DNA of 39,465 nucleotides from Chiloscyllium plagiosum. Lineage: Eukaryota. Below are positions 11,534 through 21,216 of the stretch, piece by piece. Location: positions 1,915,722 to 1,955,186 of the forward strand of contig NC_057755.1 of NCBI RefSeq assembly GCF_004010195.1, read 5' to 3'. The notes below the pieces were generated by a model. That model was not told the origin of the DNA, made no database searches, and worked only from the letters and a program-made list of their open reading frames with translations. Numbering within the stretch: position 1 is the stretch's first letter; each line of letters starts with the position of its first letter. Position numbers and translations under genes: made by a program.

Positions 11534-13315
11534 CATGTTTTAGAAGTGACCTGTATAAAGAAACGGAAGTGATCAGTTCTCTAGTTCAGCTGAGCAGATT
11601 TATTCAGTCCAGAACTGGTTCAGAGTTCAAAAGTGAGCAGTAAGGGAACTCTCTTCTGCCCTTCGACCTTCAACCTGGAAGGATCTGATGGGTTTTTTTT
11701 ATTCTGTGTTTTAAAGGGGGTGCTTATTGGGACTGTTGCGAATTCACGGAACAGCATTCGTAAGTCTCGTTTGGATAGACTAAGTTCTTTAGACGCTCTA
11801 TATTCTGCTCTTCGTGTTTCATTATGTAATTTTGTGGATAAATCTTTTGTCTGTTTTAGACCTAGTAGTCAATCTAGCTAACTTAATCTGTATAATTTTC
11901 CCTGTATATTTACTGAAACAAATTGCAATGTTACGGTCTGTGTTGCCTAATTAAGAACGTTTTGAGTGATCTGGCACAGAACATAAATATGACAATGTTG
12001 TCCTCGACTCGGAATATTTATAACTGAAATTCTATTGAGAACATGACTGGGTAGATTCATCAGGCGTACTCATGGAATGCTGTAGCTCAATCATTACAAA
12101 GATACAACTGTTACTGATGTCTTTCTCAAATCCAAACATTTTGTGCCTTACATTGTTCCTTCACATTTTAGAGATAATAACGGTTGTCACACTGGTACAA
12201 GTATGTGCTTGCCATTATGCCTTGGGTGTGTCCAGACAGTTGGAGAAACCGGCAGTATATTGGACCTTTAGTCGATTGAGTCAATGTGTGCGAACAGGGG
12301 TAACTGTATCAATTAGGGGGCAATAGATGTACAGTTGATGTTATATCCAGAGTCGAGTTGTTGAGACTAATTAGATTATGGAGATTTGGTAGTCTTCTGG
12401 TTACTTCTGAGATCGGGTTTGTTCTATTTGTCAAGGTTTTTAATAATTCAGATGTGCGTGGTGGGGTGGTAATTAAGTGGTGCATGTGATTCATGAGTTT
12501 TGCAGAATCAACTTGTAGGGTGATTCAGGAGGTTCCAAATGGTAGTTGGCCGACGGTCTGCAGGAAAGCCGTCTCAAAACTCCATCGGTAACGTTTGAGT
12601 TTGGATAGTAGTCATATGGTTGAATGCAGGTGGGTCAAATGATGGTATAAGGAGCTTAGTTACCCAAGACATGTTCGAAGCTTTATTTTGTGAATACTCG
12701 GTAATACTCAGAAACTAACCAGAAATTTGCCATGTCTCTGACTAAAACACAGTGCAGATTGCAGAGGATTGGTTTGAAATATCTACATAAACGAAAATAG
12801 AATATTGTGATCTGGTGAGTTGGTACACGTGTAAGCTGATAGTTAAGCCTTTATCGTAGTTACTGGTCAGGGAGAGGGCTCAATAGAAGCTCATGAGCAT
12901 AAGCCATCGTGTCAGGTTTGCCACATCTACCTTACTTGTTTGACGAGTCGTCAGCGACCCAGAGACAACAATATTTCCACAATATCCCCTAAAACTTCCA
13001 ATGTCCTTCAAATACACCACCGTGAAAATAATCACAGTATTTTCCTGAGAATGGCCTTATTGCTTAATGTAAAAATCAATTATTGTTGAAATATAAAACT
13101 CTACAAACAGTTAGATGCATTATTCACGAGGAAGGGCAGACTGAAGTCGAAGGCGAAACATCCTTGCAAGCAATTTCTGGCCGTTTGCTTGCCTCACTAA
13201 TAGGCCAGTGGAAATTCACGATTTGTATCATTTAATTTGTAACAACTTCAGGAGAACCCGGCCTTTATATAAAACATTAACATGACAATCAATGCCGAGA
13301 GACCAATCCAGAACT

Positions 13316-14472
13316 AGCCTTGCTTCTCTCTCTCTTTGACATCTCCAGCCTTGCTTTCCTCTCTCTGAAACATCTCCAGCCTTGCTTTTCTATCTCTTTG
13401 ATATCTCCAGCCTTGCTTTTCTGTCTCTCTGTAACATCTCCAGCCTTGCTTTCCTCTCTCTGTAACATCTCCAGCCTTGCTTTTCTATCTCTTTAATATC
13501 TCCAGCCTTGCTTTGCTGTCTCTCTGTAACATCTTCAGCCTTCCTTTCCTCTCTTTCTGTAACATCTCCAGCCTTGCTTTTCTATCTCTTTGATATCTCC
13601 AGCCTTGCTTTTCTGTCTCTCTGTAACATCTTCAGCCTTGCTTTCCTATCTTTCTGTAACATCTCCAGCCTTGCTTTTCTCTCTCTGTAACATCTCCAGC
13701 CTTGCTTTTCTCTCTCTCTGTAACATCTCCAGCCTTGCTTTTCTGTCTCTCTGTAACATCTTCAGCCTTGCTTTTCTCTCTCTTTAATATCTCCAGCCTT
13801 GCTTTCCTATCGCTCTGAAACATCTCCAGCCTTGCTTTTCTCTCTCTCTTTAACATCTCCAGCCTTGCTTTCCTATCTCTAACATCTCCGGCCTTGCTTT
13901 CCTCTCTTTGTTTCATCTCCAGCCTTGCTTTTCTATCTCTGTAACATCTCCAGCCTTGCTTTTCTCTCTCTTTAATATCTCCAGCCTTGCTTGACTGTCT
14001 CTCTGTAACATCTCCAGCCTTGCTTTCCTCTCTCTGCAACATGTCCAGATTGTTTTTCTATGTCTGTAACATCTCCAGCCGTGCTTCTCTCTCTTTAATA
14101 TCTCCAGCCTTGCTTTTCCGTCTCTCTGTAACATCTTCAGCCTTGCTTTTCTATCTCTGTAACATCTCCAAACTTGCCTTTCTCCCTGTCTTTAAGATCT
14201 CCAGCCTTGCTTTTCTCTCTTTGTGTCATCTCCAGCCTTGCTTTTCTATTTCTGTAACATCTCCAGCCTTGCTTTCCTCTCTCTTTAATATCTCCAGCCT
14301 TGCTTGTCCGTCTCTCTGTAACATCTCCAGCCTTGCTTTCCTCTCTCTGTAACATCTCCAGCCTTGCTTTCCTCTCTCTGTAACACCTCCAGCCTTGCTT
14401 TTCTCTCTCTTTAATATCTCCAGCCTTGCTTTTCTATCTCTGTAACATCTCCAGCCTTGCTTTCCTCTCTCT
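13316..14472. repeat. Minisatellite, 31-33 bp unit (TGTAACATCTCCAGCCTTGCTTTTCTCTCTC), ~37 copies, runs into gap
   Basis: Directly visible tandem array with a near-invariant core ATCTCCAGCCTTGCTTT. Confidence 0.97.
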
Positions 14473-15288
14473 NNNNNNNNNNNNNNNNNNNNNNNNNNNN
14501 NNNNNNNNNNNNNNNNNNNNNNNNNNNNNNNNNNNNNNNNNNNNNNNNNNNNNNNNNNNNNNNNNNNNNNNNNNNNNNNNNNNNNNNNNNNNNNNNNNNN
14601 NNNNNNNNNNNNNNNNNNNNNNNNNNNNNNNNNNNNNNNNNNNNNNNNNNNNNNNNNNNNNNNNNNNNNNNNNNNNNNNNNNNNNNNNNNNNNNNNNNNN
14701 NNNNNNNNNNNNNNNNNNNNNNNNNNNNNNNNNNNNNNNNNNNNNNNNNNNNNNNNNNNNNNNNNNNNNNNNNNNNNNNNNNNNNNNNNNNNNNNNNNNN
14801 NNNNNNNNNNNNNNNNNNNNNNNNNNNNNNNNNNNNNNNNNNNNNNNNNNNNNNNNNNNNNNNNNNNNNNNNNNNNNNNNNNNNNNNNNNNNNNNNNNNN
14901 NNNNNNNNNNNNNNNNNNNNNNNNNNNNNNNNNNNNNNNNNNNNNNNNNNNNNNNNNNNNNNNNNNNNNNNNNNNNNNNNNNNNNNNNNNNNNNNNNNNN
15001 NNNNNNNNNNNNNNNNNNNNNNNNNNNNNNNNNNNNNNNNNNNNNNNNNNNNNNNNNNNNNNNNNNNNNNNNNNNNNNNNNNNNNNNNNNNNNNNNNNNN
15101 NNNNNNNNNNNNNNNNNNNNNNNNNNNNNNNNNNNNNNNNNNNNNNNNNNNNNNNNNNNNNNNNNNNNNNNNNNNNNNNNNNNNNNNNNNNNNNNNNNNN
15201 NNNNNNNNNNNNNNNNNNNNNNNNNNNNNNNNNNNNNNNNNNNNNNNNNNNNNNNNNNNNNNNNNNNNNNNNNNNNNNNNNNNNNNNN
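14473..15288. other. Assembly gap
   Basis: Run of N. Confidence 1.
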
Positions 15289-15909
15289 GGACTCTGAAAT
15301 CAGAAACAATCAGAGAAAAAGCTGATTTCTGCATCTTTGAAGAAAGAGTCAAACATAGTTCATGCTCAAAGTCCAGTATAAGTCTTCTTCAGAACCGTGC
15401 TGAATTTCTCTAGTATCCTCTCTCTTTGTTTCACATTTCGAGGATCCCCAGCATTTTGCAATTTCTGTTTTGTTCCTTTCAGACAACCATTTCCACTCAT
15501 ACTTATTTTATTCTGCCTATTTGAATACCTTGAAATATTCCACAAAATTAAGGTTCGCCTGTTCCTCAGCACATTACAATGACAGTTACATAATAATAAG
15601 AGAGAAAGAAAACAACCCTTCCGTATCCAAACAGTCCGTTTGGTGGAACTCCGTCTTTTACGTTCTTAGCTTGTAAAGCCTTTTCCTTGTCCATCCACAG
15701 GATTTATGTAGACTTCTTAATTCTTCAAATAACCTGCAGATTTCTAACCTAACATTCCTGTTTGATACAGTTTACAAACCATACTGTTTTCTGAAGTTAA
15801 CAGATTCCCTTCCTGCTCTGACTGATTTCTTCTTTCTAGGATAGAACATATTCGCAGTTGATTCGAGTCAGTACTTGTTAGAAGCGCTCAAATAGATTTC
15901 TAATATCTG

Positions 15910-16400
15910 CTGTTCGAAACTGAAAGGAGCAGAGATGTTTGTTGCAACGAAATAGAGTCATTGCAAGACCACACCTGGAATATAGAACGGAATTTTAATA
16001 TCTTTCTCTGGTAAAGGTTGTTCTGGCCCTGGAGAGAGTATAGCGAAGGCTGACAGGACGAACATATGGAATGGCAGAACTGGCATATGAGGAGAGGTTC
16101 AATTAGTTGGAATTAAATCAGTGCAGTTCAGAAGAATAGAAATGGATCTCTGAGAAAACTGTAACACATCTAATGGTCCACGTAGGGTAAATCTTGGAAG
16201 ACTTGTTCGATATCAAGAAATTCAGAGCCAGAAGTCACAGTTTATGGATGTAAAGAAAACCATTTAGGACTGAGATGGGGAAACATTTCTTTGTACGGAG
16301 AGACGGTTCATGTACTCATAAAGAAATTAGGAATCCAAATCGATCAGATTACTCATCAGTTAAAGACATTCACTTAGCAGATAATTAGAAGTGGATGAGC
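15910..16400 (+). mobile_element. Old CR1 LINE 3' fragment
   Basis: Decayed RPHLEY...VLALE.V..R......GMAELAYEERF..LEL coding remnant, followed by CCATTTAGGACTGAGATGGGGAAACATTTCTT, typical of the CR1 ORF2 end. Boundaries approximate. Confidence 0.75.
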
Positions 16401-16922
16401 ATCTGTGAATGCGATGAGGAATTATTACAGAAACTGCAATAACCTATGGGAGTTTCTCATCACATTACTGATTTTAGGGCAGAGGAGACGAACGTATCAA
16501 GTTGTGGCTGTGTCTTTCCAAGGCGGAGGACGGTAACATAAAAAATAAATCATGAAGAGTAAGGGCATGGGGTGCCTCTACACAGAGAGATAATTATAAA
16601 TGAACCATTCTTGACAATAGGAACATTTTATCTTGTAAGGGAAATACAAAGATTGAACATCTCTATTATCATGATTTTCAATTTTATTTAATGTGACATC
16701 ATCACACGCAAGTGTCATTTACAAATGAAATAGTATTTCAAGAACTGTCGCTGTAGAAATATCAAAGTTTACTGTGTTTGGCTTCTTCTCACGGTACGAG
16801 ATTTGTAGCACACATTATTTCAAATCTTAAGGAGAAGATTTATTCATGCCACCTGACAGTTTGGAACATGCTGGCAAGCGCTTAAACCAAACTCAGGTGA
16901 TGCATAATCTCAAAATGAAATC

Positions 16923-17458
16923 GGGACGATGATGGCCTCGAAGTATTGCCATTGGCTATTAATCCAGAGACCCAGTTCATGATATATGATCGCACCCTGG
17001 TAGTGTGTGATGTCTGCTAATCAGGGATTAAGAGTCTAATGATGACCATTAGTCTATGGTTGTAGAAGTGCATCTAATGGGAGAATGTGAGGACTGCAGA
17101 TGCTGGAGATCAGAGCTGAAAAATGTGTTGCTGGAAAAGCTCAGCAGATCAGGCAGCATCCATGGAGCAGGAGAATCGACGTTTCGGGCATTAGCTCTTC
17201 TTCAGCGTCGATTCTCTTGCTCCTTGGATGCTGCCTGACCTGCTGAGCTTTTCCAGCAACACATTTTTCAGTTCAGAAGTGCATTTAATGCCCTTGCGGG
17301 AAGAAGACTGCTGTACTTACCTATTTTGACTTATTTGTGACTCCAACCAACATCATCAGTATTGATTGACACTTAACTGCCCAATGGGTAGATAGGGATG
17401 GTCAACGTATGGTAGCTGAGCCTGCAAAGTCTACTTTCTATGAATTTCTAAAATAAAG
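16923..17458 (+). mobile_element. Degenerate Deu-domain SINE (SacSINE1-like), interrupted by a Penelope-derived insertion
   Basis: Blocks ATTAATCCAGAGACCCAG, ATTAAGAGTCTAATGATGACCAT, TGTGACTCCA, CTTAACTGCCC and TAGGGATGG plus an A-rich end resemble the shark DeuSINE as recalled. Not verified by search. Confidence 0.65.
17080..17274. mobile_element. 195-bp fold-back insertion made of two inverted Penelope pseudo-LTR pieces, 16-bp target duplication
   Basis: Arms ~17116-17181 and ~17206-17271 are reverse complements with few mismatches. The loop carries the hammerhead core on the minus strand (17205 to 17178: CTGAAGA-A-GAGC-TAAT-GCCC-GAAACGTC). Flanks are AGAAGTGCATCTAATG (17064-17079) and AGAAGTGCATTTAATG (17275-17290). 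Confidence 0.9.
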
Positions 17459-17814
17459 CATGAAAAACCAAATTTCCAGTGCTACAGGAATGTAGGGTTC
17501 GAATGGCACTTATTGTGTTGCTGCAGGAAGGTGAGACAGTCAGGAAGAGCTGAATTAACTCCAAAGCTGTACTCTACATGGTGCTTTCACTCAGTTTCCC
17601 TCCACAAGTGACTGTCAGCAAACATTTACTTTGGCAATTTCAGAGATCAATGTAGACAGGCCCAAATTAATACTTGACGCTGTAATCTCTCATTGAATCA
17701 AAAATAAATGTTGTGCTTTTTTTGTTTATAAATCAAGCAATCTTTTCTCACTCATTCACTGAGTGATTGTTTACCACTCTTGAATCAATCACGTCTGTTA
17801 ATTTACGTATAATC

Positions 17815-17970
17815 ATACCGCCAAAACTCTTCATTGGTATATAAAGTCACAATGCCAAATCTCTGCATTTATATATACTTAGTATGCCAAGTCTCTGCAT
17901 GTATATATACTCACTCCACCAACACTGTTTATTTACATTTAAAATCACATTGCCAAAACTGCTCATTACA
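17815..17970. repeat. Degenerate ~32-34 bp tandem repeat (~5 copies)
   Basis: Recurring (T)GCCAA..CTCT.CAT.TATATA units starting near 17820, 17854, 17886, 17918 and 17952. Confidence 0.6.
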
Positions 17971-19207
17971 AATTAAAATCATGTTGCTAAAACTATTGTA
18001 CTGTTTGTTTTAACTTTGAATGAGAAATACATTTTTAAAAAAATGAAGACACTCCTATCACAAATGCAAATTAACAGCGGGGTGTATCTCTTTGCTGACA
18101 GTGACGTTCCAATCAACACAAAACTAAAATTGAAGCGACGTAGCTGTAACGAGTGAAGCGACACAGAGATGGCCAAGGAAACGCTGCTTCCTCCATTCAA
18201 AAACGAAAAGGTGGATTACACGAACCGTGTCCTGTATCTAAAGGAGGGACTAAACAGTGACTTCAGCAACTGTGATATTCCTGTCAAGCTTCCAATGGAA
18301 TGACCAAGATCTGCAGGCACACGACATTTGAACTATTCCAGATGGACTTTATTACTGATTTGAAATGAACATAGTGAGTTTCAGTATCTGCAGTGGTCGC
18401 TTCCTTTGTCGATAGATAAGCTCAAAGCCACTGCACCCTTTCTCATCACTGATATTGAAATGGGCTGCACTTGGAGGAACATGTCTTCTTCACTCAGCAA
18501 TGCCAAGGAAGCAAAGGAAATCATGCCAATATAGAGCATGCGTTAGAAGGTCGAAGAAATCTTTGTCGAAAATACACCCTTTCCCAGAAAGGATATCCTA
18601 CAACGGAAAATGGCCAAGAGGTGAAACTTTATTCAATGCATTCCTCTGCAAGACTTGATTCGTTGTTATCCTTTTATTCCAACTAAACTTTGAAATCATC
18701 CCCATGGAGATTTTAACATGTTTTTCTCTCTTTTCTGTTTTTTTTCTGAGTCACTGCATAAATACATGGATTTTGAAAGCAACTTAAAAACACCAGGAAA
18801 CGTCAAATTTCAGAGGCGATATATGCAGGACATGTCCTGTCACCACGGTAATAATTAGTTTCTGTCAACCTCGTAACTCCTAAGTTCACGGAATGTGTCA
18901 ACCAAAGCAATTTAAAACTTAAAGATATGGAGAATAATAAGATGATGGATCTCCTTCTCGTCTCTACCCCTCAATCGCCTTGATTCTCAGTCCTGTGTTG
19001 GCGGAGCCCACCGCGGGTTCTATTGTACACCAAAATACGTCGGATGGTTGGAGAATCAGACAAGGCAATCAGAGAAAAGGAAATCCAAATGACCCAGGCC
19101 CTGTAAAACCAGAAAAAGGTAATACCTGATGATGAAGAAAAAAAATGCTGCACTTGACCGGCAGTCCCGAGGCGCTTGGTTAATTATTTGATCAGGATCG
19201 TATGCAG

Positions 19208-19328
19208 ACCCTCACTGTGCGTCTATCTCCACATATGTACCCTCTCTCTGCGCGTCTCTCATTACCTATGCCACCTCATTCTGTCCGTCTCTCACGATCT
19301 ATCTCACCCACCCTCTGTGCGTCTGTCA
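19208..19328. repeat. Left end of the G-poor ~32-bp satellite
   Basis: Same CCCTCACT.TGTGCGTCTCTCA units as the array from 21217 onward. Confidence 0.85.
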
Positions 19329-20289
19329 NNNNNNNNNNNNNNNNNNNNNNNNNNNNNNNNNNNNNNNNNNNNNNNNNNNNNNNNNNNNNNNNNNNNNNNN
19401 NNNNNNNNNNNNNNNNNNNNNNNNNNNNNNNNNNNNNNNNNNNNNNNNNNNNNNNNNNNNNNNNNNNNNNNNNNNNNNNNNNNNNNNNNNNNNNNNNNNN
19501 NNNNNNNNNNNNNNNNNNNNNNNNNNNNNNNNNNNNNNNNNNNNNNNNNNNNNNNNNNNNNNNNNNNNNNNNNNNNNNNNNNNNNNNNNNNNNNNNNNNN
19601 NNNNNNNNNNNNNNNNNNNNNNNNNNNNNNNNNNNNNNNNNNNNNNNNNNNNNNNNNNNNNNNNNNNNNNNNNNNNNNNNNNNNNNNNNNNNNNNNNNNN
19701 NNNNNNNNNNNNNNNNNNNNNNNNNNNNNNNNNNNNNNNNNNNNNNNNNNNNNNNNNNNNNNNNNNNNNNNNNNNNNNNNNNNNNNNNNNNNNNNNNNNN
19801 NNNNNNNNNNNNNNNNNNNNNNNNNNNNNNNNNNNNNNNNNNNNNNNNNNNNNNNNNNNNNNNNNNNNNNNNNNNNNNNNNNNNNNNNNNNNNNNNNNNN
19901 NNNNNNNNNNNNNNNNNNNNNNNNNNNNNNNNNNNNNNNNNNNNNNNNNNNNNNNNNNNNNNNNNNNNNNNNNNNNNNNNNNNNNNNNNNNNNNNNNNNN
20001 NNNNNNNNNNNNNNNNNNNNNNNNNNNNNNNNNNNNNNNNNNNNNNNNNNNNNNNNNNNNNNNNNNNNNNNNNNNNNNNNNNNNNNNNNNNNNNNNNNNN
20101 NNNNNNNNNNNNNNNNNNNNNNNNNNNNNNNNNNNNNNNNNNNNNNNNNNNNNNNNNNNNNNNNNNNNNNNNNNNNNNNNNNNNNNNNNNNNNNNNNNNN
20201 NNNNNNNNNNNNNNNNNNNNNNNNNNNNNNNNNNNNNNNNNNNNNNNNNNNNNNNNNNNNNNNNNNNNNNNNNNNNNNNNNNNNNNNNN
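19329..20289. other. Assembly gap
   Basis: Run of N. Confidence 1.
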
Positions 20290-21216
20290 TAATCTTACTG
20301 GAACATCTGTAACCAGGAACCTCCAACAACCATTCCTGTCCCTCTTCTATCCACGTTTCCGTGATGGCCACAACATCGTAGTCCCAGGTACCGATCCACG
20401 CCTTAAGTTCACCCACCTTATTTCTGATACTCCTTGCGTTAAAGTATACACACTTGCACCCATCTTTGTGTCCGCAAGTATTCCCTGTCATTGCTACCTT
20501 CTCCACAGCCTCCCTACAGTCTTGGGCATCCTGACACACAGCTAGCTTACTTGCTGGACTACAAGTCCGGATCCCATCCCCCTGCCAAATTAGTTTAAAC
20601 CCCCCCGCAGAGTGCTAGGCAAACCTACCCCCAGGATATTGGTGCCCTTTTGGTTCAGGTGCAACACATCCTGCTTGTATAGGTCCCACCTTCCCAAGAT
20701 TGCAGTCCAATTGTCCAAATACCTGAAGCCCTCCCTCCTACACCATCCTTGCAGCCACGTGTTCAACTGCACTCTCTCCCTATTCCTTGCCTCACTGTCA
20801 CGTGGCACCGGCAACAACCCAGAGATGACGACTCTGTCTGTCCTAGCTTTTAGCTTCCAGCCTAACTCCCTGAGCTCTTGAATGACCTCCCCACCCCTCT
20901 TCCTACCTATGTCTACCGACGTCTGGCTGCACACCCTCCCCCTTCAGGATTCTGAAGACACGGTCCGAGACGTCTCGGACCCTGGCACCCGGGAGGCAGC
21001 AAACCATCCGAGAGTCTCGCCCCTGTCCACAGAACCGCCTGTCCGTCCCTCTAACTAGAGAGTCTCCTAAAACTAGCGCTCTCCTCCTCTCCCCCTTTCC
21101 CTTCTGAGCAGAACACACCCACTCAAATATCAATAACTTACCTTCCCGACCAGCTCTGCGCTCCAACCTCACTTCCGCCCAGCTCGCGCCGCTCTCTGCT
21201 GTGAAAAGACCGTTGG
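20290..21216 (-). mobile_element. CR1 LINE 5' part: 5' UTR, ORF1 SGNH-esterase domain, start of ORF2 endonuclease
   Basis: ORF1 esterase motifs ALVLGDSLVRGTDRRFCG..VCCLPGARVRDV, VVISGLLPVP, LNTWLQGWCRREGF and DVLHLNQKGT. ORF2 start CVYFNARSIRNK..YDVVAITETW. GC-rich putative 5' UTR at ~21110-21216. Confidence 0.93.

Larger units (their letters stand above)
11358..11987 (+). mobile_element. Probable 3' LTR of the Gypsy element, remainder
   Basis: Resumes at the right CR1 target duplication. Non-coding, with a TATA-like TATAAA (~11554), a decayed polyA signal GATAAA (~11837) and an end near ...CATAA. Assignment rests on position and resemblance to shark Gypsy LTRs recalled from memory, not on a search. 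Confidence 0.55.

Noticed and set aside
12290..12650. Possible very old CR1 ORF1 remnant
   Set aside because: Only vague nucleotide resemblance, with no translatable motif I can point to.
12935..13315. Possible decayed NACHT fragments on the minus strand (LVLDW, TLEVLG)
   Set aside because: The matches are only 4-6 residues in different frames with many stops, and I found no Walker A motif. A profile HMM search would be needed to support it.
13316..14472. CRISPR-like regular spacing
   Set aside because: No unique spacers, no cas genes and a eukaryotic context. It is a minisatellite.
14411..15413. Long ORFs spanning N runs (also 19176-20545 and 30337-30924)
   Set aside because: Their length comes from untranslatable gap sequence.
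18102..18210. Plus-strand exon candidate
   Set aside because: Weak donor (GTGGAT) and stops in all three frames.
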